Source: Dehalococcoidia bacterium
GTDB lineage: Bacteria; Chloroflexota; Dehalococcoidia; Bin125
Direction of reading: 5' to 3'
Length of the DNA: 64,000 bases
NCBI GenBank assembly: GCA_963663235.2
Contig: CAXXNO010000012.1
Location: 256,001 to 320,000 of the forward strand
Of this stretch, positions 20,696 through 31,000 are shown piece after piece (within the stretch, counting starts at the first letter, position 1; every line of letters begins with the position of its first letter). The translations under genes and the position numbers were made by a program. The notes below the pieces were generated by a model that did not search any database, was not told the origin of the DNA, and was given only the letters and a program-made list of their open reading frames with translations.

Positions 20696-21673
20696 ATGCG
20701 TGTCTTCATCAGCCGGCAACTTCCAGGGAGCGGCCTGGACCGGCTCCGGCGGGAGCCCGACCTCGACGTCTCCGTCTGGGAGGAGGAGATGCCGCCCTCT
20801 CGGAGCGCGCTGCTGGACCGGATCGCCGGCATCGATGGGCTGCTCTCCCTCATCACCGACTGCATCGACGCCGAAGCGCTCGACCGCGCCGGGCCGCAGT
20901 TGAAGGTCGTCTCGCAGATGGCCGTCGGCGTGGACAACGTCGACGTGGCCGCCTGCGCCGCGCGCGGCGTGGCGGTGGGCAACACACCCGGCGTGCTGAC
21001 GGAGACCACGGCGGATCTCGCGTTCGCGCTGCTGCTGGCGTCGGCCCGGCGCCTGGTGGAGGCCGCAGACTACGTGCGCCTCGGCCGCTGGCGCACGTGG
21101 ACGCCCACCACGCTGGCCGGCGTCGATGTGCACGGCGCCACGTTGGGCATCGTGGGCTTGGGCGCCATCGGACAGGCCCTGGCGCGCCGCGCCGCCGGCT
21201 TTGACATGCGCCTGCTCTACTGGTCGCGACGGCCCAAGCCGGAGATCGCCGCCCGCCTCGGCGCCACCTATCGCGACCTGCCCGAACTGCTGGCGGAGTC
21301 GGACTTCGTCAGCATCCACGCGGCGCTGACGCCGGAGACGCACCACCTGATCGATGCCGATGCCCTGGCGCGCATGTCGGCCGACGCGTTCCTGATCAAC
21401 ACCGCCCGCGGGCCCTTGGTGGACGAAGCAGCCCTCACCGCCGCGCTGCGCGCCGGCCGCCTGGCCGGCGCCGCGCTGGACGTCGCCGAGACGGAGCCCA
21501 TCGCCCCCGACAGTCCCTTGCTCTCCATGGACAACGTGATCGTGCTCCCGCACATCGGCTCGGGCAGCCTGGCCACGCGCACCAAGATGGCGGACATGGC
21601 CGTAGCCAATCTGCTGGCCGGGCTGCGGGGTCGCGCGCTGCCGAACGCCGTGCCGCCCGCGCCCGCGCGTTGA
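20696..21673 (+). CDS. D-glycerate dehydrogenase / glyoxylate reductase (D-2-hydroxyacid dehydrogenase)
   Basis: NTPGVLTETTAD, GLGAIG, INTARG, LDVAETEP, PHIGS. Confidence 0.92.
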   Translation: MRVFISRQLPGSGLDRLRREPDLDVSVWEEEMPPSRSALLDRIAGIDGLLSLITDCIDAEALDRAGPQLKVVSQMAVGVDNVDVAACAARGVAVGNTPGVLTETTADLAFALLLASARRLVEAADYVRLGRWRTWTPTTLAGVDVHGATLGIVGLGAIGQALARRAAGFDMRLLYWSRRPKPEIAARLGATYRDLPELLAESDFVSIHAALTPETHHLIDADALARMSADAFLINTARGPLVDEAALTAALRAGRLAGAALDVAETEPIAPDSPLLSMDNVIVLPHIGSGSLATRTKMADMAVANLLAGLRGRALPNAVPPAPAR

Positions 21674-21771
21674 CGCGCTTTTCGACGCCAGCCTAGGATG
21701 GATCGATGTCACAGCAAACGGGCGATCGCGCTGCGCTCCCCGTTTCACCTTCGCCCGGCGGCGCTAGCTGA

Positions 21772-22437
21772 ATGCACTCCAACGATCCCGAAGACAGCAA
21801 CCTCTGGCTGGCTCGCATCCTCTGGGATTCGGGCGGGGTCGATTTCGGTAACTTCGACATCGGCGCCACCCTGGCCTCGCCGGTCTACGTCAACGTCCGC
21901 CGGATCATCAGCAACCCGCGAGCGCTGCGGCGAGTGGGGACGCTGATTCAGGATTACACCCAGACGCTCAGCGGCATGCTGCGTCCGGCGATGGCGCCCT
22001 TCGAGCTCGTTGCCGGGGTGCCCATGGGCGGCCTGCACATCGCCACCGCGCTTTCGCTCACAACGGATCTCCCTCTGATCTACGTGCACCCCCGCTCCGG
22101 GGAGGCCAACCATTACGAAGATATTGAGGGCAGCTATTACCCCGGTCAGACCGTCGTGCTGATCGATGACCTCATCACGGGCGGCACCAGCATCGTGGAG
22201 ACGGCGGACGTCCTCCGATCCGCCGGCCTCATGGTGCATGACGCCGTGGCCCTGCTCGATCGCCAGGCGGGAGGGAGACGGCGGCTCCAAGACGCCGGCA
22301 TTGAGCTCCACGCCCTGCTCACGCTTGAGACGCTGCTGAACTACCTGCTGTCACGATCCTTGATCACCGAGGCGCAGTACGCCCAGTGCATGGCCTACGT
22401 GCAGCGCACCAGCCAGGAGGAACAGGGAACGGCCTAG
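21772..22437 (+). CDS. Orotate phosphoribosyltransferase-like protein
   Basis: FGNF...SPVYVN, AGVPMGG, PRPP motif VVLIDDLITGGTS. Confidence 0.75.
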   Translation: MHSNDPEDSNLWLARILWDSGGVDFGNFDIGATLASPVYVNVRRIISNPRALRRVGTLIQDYTQTLSGMLRPAMAPFELVAGVPMGGLHIATALSLTTDLPLIYVHPRSGEANHYEDIEGSYYPGQTVVLIDDLITGGTSIVETADVLRSAGLMVHDAVALLDRQAGGRRRLQDAGIELHALLTLETLLNYLLSRSLITEAQYAQCMAYVQRTSQEEQGTA

Positions 22438-22649
22438 AGCAGCCGTCGGATCGGTTTGCGCCCCGGACGGGGATCGTAGTTGGCCTTGAACATCTCGAGC
22501 TTGTCCCGCTCGATGAGGTATTTGCCCGCGAAGATCGTGGCCGGGACCTTTTTCTGCTTGATCAGCCGGCGCAGGCTCTGCGGGTGAATGGACAGCTCCC
22601 GCGCGGCCTCCACGAGGTCCAGATAGTTGTCGAACGGAGAGTCGACCAC
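22434..22649 (-). CDS. Small excisionase/MerR-like HTH DNA-binding protein
   Basis: YLDLVEAARELSIHPQSLRRLIKQKKVPA..FAGKYLI. Confidence 0.85.
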   Translation of the reverse strand: MVDSPFDNYLDLVEAARELSIHPQSLRRLIKQKKVPATIFAGKYLIERDKLEMFKANYDPRPGRKPIRRLL

Positions 22650-22683
22650 CCAGCGCCCCTTCTATCGATAAAGCGCATAGGCA

Positions 22684-22712
22684 ATTGTAATGGGGGTCAA
22701 GCAGTCCGTCAA
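22684..22712 (-). promoter_or_regulatory. Near-consensus sigma70 promoter for the HTH gene
   Basis: TTGACG-N17-TACAAT on minus strand. Confidence 0.7.
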
Positions 22713-22822
22713 AGCACCTCGCGACGCCCTGATCGACCGGCCCGACGCAATCGGGTAGCCTGCGCTTCGGCTCGGCCACGGCCCCTCTCACGCGCGATCT
22801 CCTGGGAAGGCTTCGCCCACGG

Positions 22823-23512
22823 ATGACGAGTGCGATGCTGGCGTCGCTCCGCGCGAGCGGGCGGCGGCTCCTTAACGAAGTGGAATCGAAGGCCGTCCTG
22901 GCCGAGGCCGGCATCCCGGTCACGCCGACCCGTTTGGCGCGCAGCCGCGATGAGGCCCTGGAGCTGGCCCGTTCCCTCGGCTTCCCGGCCGCTCTCAAGG
23001 TCGTCGCCGAAGCGATCACGCACAAGAGCGACATCGGTGGCGTCCGCCTCAACCTCCCGGATGAAGAGTCCGTCGGCGCCGCCTTCGACGAGATCCAGGC
23101 GGCCGCGCGCCGCGCCCATCCGGATGCGCCGATCGATGGCGTCTCCGTCCAGCCCATGGCCCAGCCCGGCGTCGAAGTCATGATCGGACTCGCCCGCGAC
23201 CCCCAGTTCGGCCCGGTGCTGATGTTCGGGTTGGGCGGCGTCCTGGTGGAGGTGCTCCAGGACGTGGCCGTGCGGCTCGCGCCTCTCGAGTCACGCGACG
23301 CCGAAGCGATGATCCGCGAGATCCAGGGCTTTCCCGTGCTTCAGGGCTATCGCGGAACGCCCCCGGTGGACCTCAGCGCCCTGCAGTCCATCCTGCTCGC
23401 GCTCTCCGGCTTCGCCCTGGAGCACCCAGAGGTGAGCGAACTGGACCTCAACCCGGTGATCGCCACGGCCGCGGGCGCCACGGCCGTCGACGCGCGCATC
23501 GTGCTGAGCTGA
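22823..23512 (+). CDS. Acyl/acetate--CoA ligase (ADP-forming) beta, ATP-grasp subunit
   Basis: ESKAVL, ITHKSDIGGV, RDPQFGPVLMFGLGG, ELDLNP. Confidence 0.92.
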   Translation: MTSAMLASLRASGRRLLNEVESKAVLAEAGIPVTPTRLARSRDEALELARSLGFPAALKVVAEAITHKSDIGGVRLNLPDEESVGAAFDEIQAAARRAHPDAPIDGVSVQPMAQPGVEVMIGLARDPQFGPVLMFGLGGVLVEVLQDVAVRLAPLESRDAEAMIREIQGFPVLQGYRGTPPVDLSALQSILLALSGFALEHPEVSELDLNPVIATAAGATAVDARIVLS

Positions 23513-23529
23513 AGGGAGACCGCCGGCCG

Positions 23530-24963
23530 ATGTCCGACGCCACCCCGCCCGACCTGCGACGGCGCCTCGACCGCGTCCTGCAGCCGCGCACCATCGCCGT
23601 CGTGGGCGACAAGGGCGCCCGCGACTACCTCTGGTTGAAGAGCATGAAGCCGTTCCGCGGGACCCTCTACTCCGTGCAACTGGACGAGCGGGAGATCCCC
23701 GGCATCGAGGCGCTCGGGGTGCCGAATTACACCAGCCTGGCCGCCATCCCGGAGCCTATCGATTACGTCGTCTGCGCCGCGCCGCGTGAGGTGACGCCGC
23801 GCATCGTGCAGGACTGCATCGACGCCAACGCGGGCGGCGTGGCCCTCTTCACCTCCGGCTTCACCGAGTTGGGCGATGAGACGGGCATCGAGCTGGAAGC
23901 GGAGTTGGTGAAGATGGCGCACGGCGCCGGACTCCCCCTCATCGGCCCCAACTGCATGGGCCTCCACATCCCGGCCCTGGGCGTGCGATTCAGTCCTGAG
24001 CAGCCCACCGCCGAGGGCGGCGACGTGGGCTTCATCTCGCAAAGCGGCACCCACGGCCTGAACTTCAGCTTGGTCGGCGCCGTGCACGGCATCTATTGCA
24101 GCAAGATGATCTCGTTCGGGAACGGGGCCGTCCTGGAAGCGGCCGACTACCTGGACTATCTCGCGGACGACCCCGCAACCACCGTGATCGCCATGTACAT
24201 CGAAGGCGTGCGCGACGGCGAGCGCTTCGCCCGGACCTTGCGCGCGGTGGCCGCGCGCAAGCCGGTGGTGATCTGGAAGGGCGGTCAGACGGAGGTCGGC
24301 CAGCGGGCGACACAATCACACACGGCGTCGTTGACCACCAGCCAGCGCGTTTGGTCGGCCTTGGTCAAGCAGGCCGGCGCGATCTCCGCGGACAACCTCG
24401 ACGAGTTGATCGACGTCGTGAAGACGTTGCGCATGACCAAGCCGCCTCCCGGACGACGGGTGGCGCTGGTAGCCATGACCGGCGGCCAGTCGGTCGTCAT
24501 CGCCGACGCGTTCGTCAAGGCGGGGCTGGAAGTGCCGCTGCTCAGCGACGCCTCGTACGCGGAGTTCAGCGAGTTCGTCAGCGTAATCGGCGGCTCGTAC
24601 AAGAACCCGCTGGACCTGTTCAACACCATGCTGTACGACCCAGGAGCGATCGAGCGCGTCCTGGCGATCCTGGACCGGGATCCGGTCATCGATTCCATCG
24701 TCTTTGAACTCTCAGCCTACCTGCTGGTGCGCCGCTGGGAGAAGCAACCGGCGCAGTTCGAAGCCCTTCTCGATACGCTCCAGCGCTTCAACGCGCACTC
24801 CGCCAAGCCCCTCGTAACCATCATCTACCCCGCCCACGTCGAAGCGAAGGTCTTGGAGCTGCGGGCCCAACTGCAGGCTCGCGGCGTCGCCACCTTCCCG
24901 ACCTTTGAGCGCGCCGCCGCCGCCCTCGCCAAGATCACCGAATACCATGTGACTCACACGTAG
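23530..24963 (+). CDS. Acyl/acetate--CoA ligase (ADP-forming) alpha, CoA-binding subunit
   Basis: IGPNCMG, ISQSG, SFGN, SHTASL phospho-His motif, NPLD. Confidence 0.9.
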   Translation: MSDATPPDLRRRLDRVLQPRTIAVVGDKGARDYLWLKSMKPFRGTLYSVQLDEREIPGIEALGVPNYTSLAAIPEPIDYVVCAAPREVTPRIVQDCIDANAGGVALFTSGFTELGDETGIELEAELVKMAHGAGLPLIGPNCMGLHIPALGVRFSPEQPTAEGGDVGFISQSGTHGLNFSLVGAVHGIYCSKMISFGNGAVLEAADYLDYLADDPATTVIAMYIEGVRDGERFARTLRAVAARKPVVIWKGGQTEVGQRATQSHTASLTTSQRVWSALVKQAGAISADNLDELIDVVKTLRMTKPPPGRRVALVAMTGGQSVVIADAFVKAGLEVPLLSDASYAEFSEFVSVIGGSYKNPLDLFNTMLYDPGAIERVLAILDRDPVIDSIVFELSAYLLVRRWEKQPAQFEALLDTLQRFNAHSAKPLVTIIYPAHVEAKVLELRAQLQARGVATFPTFERAAAALAKITEYHVTHT

Positions 24964-25002
24964 CCGCCGATGTGCAACACTGCCCGAGGGATTAGGAGCG
25001 CG

Positions 25003-26196
25003 GTGAACGGGCGCATCTACGTGGACCATGCCGCCACCACGCCGGTGCATCCGGACGTGCTGCGGCTCATGCTGCCCCTGCACCAGCAGCAATTCGGAAA
25101 CCCCAGCAGCCTGCACCAGCTCGGTCGCGAGGCCCAGGCGGCGATCGACACCGCTCGCGAGCAAGTCGCCGCGGCGCTCAACGCGCGGACGCACGAGATC
25201 CTGTTCACCAGCGGTGGCTCCGAGTCCATCAACACCGCGCTCAAGGGCGTGGCGTTTGCTCAGCAGTTCGCCGGCGCAGGGCGGCGCATTGTCACGACGC
25301 CGGTCGAGCACCACGCCGCGCTGCACACCTGCGACTACCTGGAGCGATTCGGATTCGAGACGGTCATGGCGCCCGTCGACGGCGAGGGGCGCGTCGATCC
25401 AGAGGCCGTGGCCGCAGCGGTCGACGAGGACACCGCCCTCGTCAACGTCATGCTGGCCAACAACGAGGTCGGGACCGTGCAGCCGATCGCCGAGATCGCG
25501 GCCGCCCTGCGCGCTCGCGGCACCGCGCTGGGGCGACGCATCCCTCTCCACACCGACGCGGTTCAAGCGCCCGGCCAGCTCCCGCTGGACGTGCGCGCCC
25601 TCGACGTCGACCTCGTCAGCCTCTCGGCCCACAAGTTCGGCGGACCCAAGGGCGTGGGCGCACTGTACCTCCGGCGCGGCACCCCCTTCCTGCCGCAGCA
25701 GAGCGGCGGCGGACAGGAGCGCAACCGGCGGGCGGGCACGGAGAACGTCGCCGGAATCGCCGGCCTCGGCCTGGCTCTATCGATCGCCGAGCGCCAGCGC
25801 GAGCGCTTCGCCGCGCACACCGCCGCCCTGCGCGACCACTTCTTCACGCGCGCGCTGCTGGAGATCCCGGACGCCATCCGCAACGGCCCTGTCGAAGGCC
25901 GCCTGCCGAACAACGTCAACGTGCGCTTCGACGGGGTGGACGGGCAGGCGCTGCTGGAGGCTCTGGACGCCGGCGGCGTCGAGGCTTCCAGCGGGAGCGC
26001 CTGCACCACCGCCTCCTGGGAGCCCAGTCACGTCCTGCTGGCCATGGGCGTGGACCAGAATCAAGCGGCCGGCAGCCTGCGTTGCACGTTCGGACTGGAC
26101 AACACCGTCGCGGACATCGATGCGATCGTCGTCCGGTTGCGGGAGATCGTGGCGCGGCTGCGCCAGCACGCGCAGACGGCGGGATCGCCAGCGTAG
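25003..26196 (+). CDS. iscS: Cysteine desulfurase, second paralog
   Basis: YVDHAATTP, SAHKFGGPKG, SSGSACT; SD AGGAG before GTG 25003. Confidence 0.93.
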   Translation: MNGRIYVDHAATTPVHPDVLRLMLPLHQQQFGNPSSLHQLGREAQAAIDTAREQVAAALNARTHEILFTSGGSESINTALKGVAFAQQFAGAGRRIVTTPVEHHAALHTCDYLERFGFETVMAPVDGEGRVDPEAVAAAVDEDTALVNVMLANNEVGTVQPIAEIAAALRARGTALGRRIPLHTDAVQAPGQLPLDVRALDVDLVSLSAHKFGGPKGVGALYLRRGTPFLPQQSGGGQERNRRAGTENVAGIAGLGLALSIAERQRERFAAHTAALRDHFFTRALLEIPDAIRNGPVEGRLPNNVNVRFDGVDGQALLEALDAGGVEASSGSACTTASWEPSHVLLAMGVDQNQAAGSLRCTFGLDNTVADIDAIVVRLREIVARLRQHAQTAGSPA

Positions 26197-26226
26197 GGTC
26201 CGCCCCGGGCCAGGAGCGAGATCACG

Positions 26227-27246
26227 GTGGCCACCCCGTTCCTCGACGAATTGGCGGCGATCTTCCCCACCGCGCGGCCGCGCCGCCGGCGCCTGGCCGA
26301 AGACCGCGCCACGGTAGCGCCGCTGCGCCGCTTCCGCGGCGCGGTGGAAACGGTGCGCGGGGAGATCACCTCCTCCCCCTTCGAAGGACACAGCGCGGCC
26401 CTCGTCCGCGACACGATTCGACGGCTCACGCAGATCGCCGCGGCGTATGACGCGGACACGCTCGAAGAGAGCGCGGCCGGGATCTACGACGCGCCGGACG
26501 GCTTCCGGGGCGACCTGGCCTTGGTGCGGGCGCTGGCCGCCGCCCCAGGCGAAGCGCGGCAGATCCTGGCCATGCGCGCGTACGCGGCCGCCGCCGCCCT
26601 CTGCTCCGATCAGCCGGCGCCCGACCTGCAGGAGTTGGCAGTCGACCAATCGATCGTCTTGGAGCGGCTCTCCTACAGCGTGGCTCTAGAGGCGCCGCAG
26701 CAGATCGAGGCCCTCAGCGCCGACTTCGAACTGTTTCGCCGGCGCTATCAACGCGCCTACCTGGAGCACCATCGTGCCTATCACGCAGCCGCCGGGGCTG
26801 TGCGAACGGACCTGGAGGCTCATCGATCTTGGGTGAGTGCGCTCGCTGTGCTCAACGGAATCGACGAACTCGGTCCGTCGGTCGGCGCGGACCTGGAGGA
26901 GCGGTTGCAGGCGCTGCTCGACGCGCTGCCGCCCTGCGGCCTCGGGGAGCAGGCGCTGCGCTCATCGCTCGCCACCAACGCCCGCTGCCCGGAGTGCGGC
27001 CTGGCGATCGCGGACCAACCGCCCAGCATCCAGGCGCACGCCTGGACCGAGGACTGTCGCCGCGCCTTGCACACCCAGCAGCGCCGGCTGGCCCGGGCGA
27101 TGGTAGCCCGCGCGATCGAGGACGGCAGCCGCCCCGCGTTCGAGCGCTTCCTCCGCGCCGTAGGCGCGGGCGACGTTGCTCCGTTGGTCGAAGTCATGGA
27201 CGGTTCCGTGGCGGCGCTGATCCGCGAAGTACTCGCGAAGCGCTGA
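26227..27246 (+). CDS. Hypothetical helical protein with C...CPEC motif (BrxC/DUF6079 C-terminal-like)
   Basis: Long ORF filling the operon gap; YQRAYLEHH, LAVLNGI, PPC...RCPECG. Confidence 0.6.
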   Translation: MATPFLDELAAIFPTARPRRRRLAEDRATVAPLRRFRGAVETVRGEITSSPFEGHSAALVRDTIRRLTQIAAAYDADTLEESAAGIYDAPDGFRGDLALVRALAAAPGEARQILAMRAYAAAAALCSDQPAPDLQELAVDQSIVLERLSYSVALEAPQQIEALSADFELFRRRYQRAYLEHHRAYHAAAGAVRTDLEAHRSWVSALAVLNGIDELGPSVGADLEERLQALLDALPPCGLGEQALRSSLATNARCPECGLAIADQPPSIQAHAWTEDCRRALHTQQRRLARAMVARAIEDGSRPAFERFLRAVGAGDVAPLVEVMDGSVAALIREVLAKR

Positions 27247-27250
27247 TCAT

Positions 27251-27910
27251 ATGCCCCGGGCCCGGCTTCCACGCCTTCACTCACGCCGGCCGTCTCCGCT
27301 GGCGGGGGCGCGCATCGTGGTCGGGCTGGGCAATCCCGGCGAAGAGCACGCCCGCCACCGCCACAACACCGGTGCGCGCGCGCTCGACCGCCTAAGCGAA
27401 GCGCTGCGACTGCCGCTGCGCGACAAGAGCCGGATGTTCGTCAGCGGCCAGGCCGTGACGGCGTCCGGGCCTATCGTGCTGGCGCGACCGCGCACCTACA
27501 TGAACGAGAGCGGCCGGGCGGTGCAGGCGCTCCTCACCGTCCACCGGGCCGCGCCCGACTCCCTCATCGTGCTGGTCGACGACGTCGACCTGCCGCTGGG
27601 CCGGGTCCGCGTGCGCCCCGGCGGCGGCGACGGTGGCCAGAAGGGGATGCGCTCGATCCATCAGGTGGTCGGTTCGTTGGACTTTCCCCGGGTGCGGATC
27701 GGGATCGGACGCCCGCTCGTGAATGGAGCGCCTTCCTGGGATGCGGACGCGGTCGCCGACTACGTGCTCCATGACCCGACTGCAGAGGAGGCGACGGTTC
27801 TCGCGGCCGCGGAGGAACGGGCGGCGCAGGCGGCTCTCTCCGTCCTCCGCGACGGAGTGGAAGCGGCGATGAACCGATTCAACGCCGACGACGGGGAGGC
27901 GGACCGCTAA
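27251..27910 (+). CDS. pth: Peptidyl-tRNA hydrolase
   Basis: VVGLGNPG...RHNTG, RPRTYMNESG, GGDGGQKGMRS, RVRIGIGRP. Confidence 0.93.
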   Translation: MPRARLPRLHSRRPSPLAGARIVVGLGNPGEEHARHRHNTGARALDRLSEALRLPLRDKSRMFVSGQAVTASGPIVLARPRTYMNESGRAVQALLTVHRAAPDSLIVLVDDVDLPLGRVRVRPGGGDGGQKGMRSIHQVVGSLDFPRVRIGIGRPLVNGAPSWDADAVADYVLHDPTAEEATVLAAAEERAAQAALSVLRDGVEAAMNRFNADDGEADR

Positions 27911-28022
27911 CGGACAGCCACACGTTGCTGCTCTAAACTCAAGGCCAGCGCGGGGTTCTATGTGTCAGGGGCGGGTCCAAGCGGCCGGTCCCCTTTGCCA
28001 TTACCCCCGCGAGGACGAGCCA

Positions 28023-31000
28023 GTGACGACCAGCCAGGCGACCTCGGGCCTGCTTTCCGGCCTCCTCCCCGAGGTCGATGCCGCCGTCCGCGACGCCTTG
28101 GGTTCGGACGCCCGCCCCCCCGACCCGGAGCGGCCGCTCACCTTGGGCCTGCCGGAAGGCGCCAAGGCGCCGGCCATCGCCGCGCTGGCGCGGATCGTCG
28201 CCGGTCCCGTCCTGGTCGTGACCGCGCGGCCCAATCACGCCTTGGCGCTGCTGGAGGACGTGCGCGTCTGGTTGCCCGCCGACGACCCGCGGCCGGTCCT
28301 CCCCTTTCCCGAGCGGGAGTCGCTGCCCTACGAGCGGCGCGCCCCAGACAGGGACGCCGTCCAGGCGCGCCTCCGCGCCCTAGCCTCGCTGGCGGCGGGC
28401 GAGCGACCGCTGATCATCGCCGACGCCCAAGCGCTCTCGCAGCGCACGCGCGCTATCGAGCAGCGCAGGGCGGGCGGCGGGACGGCCTTGCCGCCGCTGC
28501 GGGTCGGCGGGCGCCTGGCGTTGGAACCGTTCCTCACCGCGCTCGACGCGGCGGGCTACCGCGTGCAGGCTGTGGTCGACGAGCCGGGCACCGTCGCCCG
28601 ACGCGGCGGCATCATCGACCTCTTCCCCGTCACCGACGAGACGCCGCTTCGGATCGAACTCGTGGGCGATGAGATCGAGAGTCTGCGCCGCTTCGACCCC
28701 GCCACGCAGCGTTCCACCGCCCAGGTCCAGGCGGCCACGCTGACCACCGCGACCGAAGCGCAGGTCGACGCCGACGCGGTCACGCTGGCGGCGTCGCTGG
28801 ACGTGGACCGGCTCCACCCGGAGGCGGCGGTCACCTTCGGCGCGGACTTGACCCAGATCGAGCGGGGCGCGCTTCCCGGCAAGCTGGGCTTCTGGACGGC
28901 GTTCCTCACCCGGGGCGCCCTCTGGGACCACCTGCCCGCCGGAACGCTGGTCGTCTGGGACGAAGGGGACAAGATCCGCCTCCTGCTCGACGACCTCGCC
29001 GAGCAAGCGGCCGCCGTCCGTCGCGATCTAGAGACGCGCAGCGAGATCCCCCCGGGACTGCCGCTGCCCCAGATGTCGACGGATGAGACCATCGCCGGCC
29101 TCGACAGACGTTCCCGCATCGACCTGCGCCAATTCGCCAGCGAAGACCTCGCATCGGAGGTGCGACGTCTGCCGTTTTCAGCCGTGGAGTCCTACGGCGG
29201 GAGGCTCCGGCCGTTGATGGACTACCTGCAAGAGGTGCAGCGGGGCGAAGAGCGCGCGGTGCTTGTATCGCTCCAGGCGCCGCGGCTGGCCTCGCTCTTC
29301 GTCGAGTACGGCCTGACGGTGCGGACCGAAGTGCCGGCGGCAACAGCGCCGCCCGCCGACGCGGTCACGCTCCTGCACGGCGCCGCCCCCCAGGGCTGGC
29401 GGCTGCGACGGCCGCAGGGCGACGTGATCCTCCTCACCGACACCGAGGTCTTCGGGTTCGCCAAGCAGCGCCGCGCGCAGCCGCGTGCGGCGCGCAAGCA
29501 CACCGCCTTCCTCGACGGGCTCAAGTCGGGCGACTACGTGGTGCACATTGAGCACGGAATCGGCCGCTACGCGGGCATGACCCAGGAGCAGATCGGCGAC
29601 CGGACGCGCGAGTACCTGCAGTTGACCTACGCCGACAACGACCGCCTCTTGGTCCCCACAGATCAACTCCATCGGCTCCAGCGCTACGTCGGGCCCAGCG
29701 ACTCGCCGCCCGCTCTGACGCGGCTGGGCACGCAGCAGTGGCAGCGCGCCAAGCAGCGGGTCCGGGACTCCGTGCGTGAACTGGCTCAAGACCTCCTCAG
29801 CCTCTACGCCGCGCGCCAGGTTCTCCCCGGCGTCGCCGCGCCACCCGATGGGCCTTGGCAGATGGAACTGGAAGCGGCCTTCCCCTACATCGAGACCCCC
29901 GACCAGGTCCAGGCTGTGGGCGAGGTCAAGGCGGACATGGAGCTGCCCCGCCCCATGGACCGGCTGGTGGTGGGCGACGTAGGGTACGGCAAGACGGAAA
30001 TCGCGGTGCGCGCGGCCTTCAAGTCCGCGCTCGGCGGCCAGCAGGTGGCGATGCTGGTGCCCACCACCGTGCTCGCCCAGCAGCACTTCGACACTTTCCG
30101 CGCGCGGCTGGCCCCCTTCCCCGTCCGTATCGAGATGCTGTCGCGGTTCCGGTCAGAGGCGGAACAGCGTCGAATCGTGAAGGATCTGGCGGCCGGCCGG
30201 GTGGACATTGTGATCGGCACGCATCGGCTGCTGCAACAGGACGTGCAGTTCAAGTCGCTGGGGCTGGTGATCATCGATGAAGAGCAACGCTTCGGCGTCG
30301 CGCACAAAGAGCGCTTGAAGCAGATGCGCCGCGAAGTGGACGTGCTCACGCTGTCCGCCACGCCCATCCCCCGCACGCTGCACATGGCGGTGGCGGGCAT
30401 CCGCGACATGTCCACCCTCGAGACGCCGCCGGCGGCGCGCGTGCCCATTACCACCTACGTCATGGACACGGAGGATCAGACCACTCGCGAAGCGATCCTC
30501 CACGAGGTTGAACGAGGCGGCCAAGTCTACGCCGTCCACAACCGCGTGCAATCGATCGAACAGGTGGCGCGCCGGCTGCGGGATCTGGTGCCGGAGGCCC
30601 GCTTCCTGGTTGGCCACGGGCAAATGCCGGAGGAGAAACTGGCGCAGGTGATGGCCGACTTCACCGCCGGCGATGCCGACGTGCTGGTCTGCACCACGAT
30701 CATCGAGTCGGGCCTGGACATCCCCAACGTAAACACGATCATCATTTTCCAGGCGCAGCGGCTGGGTCTGGCGCAGCTCTACCAGTTGCGCGGCCGTGTC
30801 GGACGCGGAGCGGTCCGCGCCTACGCCTACCTCTTCTACGATCGCAGCCTGCCGCTCACGGAGACCGCGCGGAAGCGGCTGCAGACGATCTTCGAAGCCA
30901 CCGAGCTGGGCGCCGGTTTCCAGATCGCACTGCGGGATCTGGAGATCCGCGGCGCCGGCAGCCTGCTGGGCGCAGAGCAGAGCGGCTACATCGGCGCCGT

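Noticed and set aside
22434-22649. Prophage or ICE marked by an excisionase
   Set aside because: No integrase, att sites or phage genes nearby; the flanks are metabolic.
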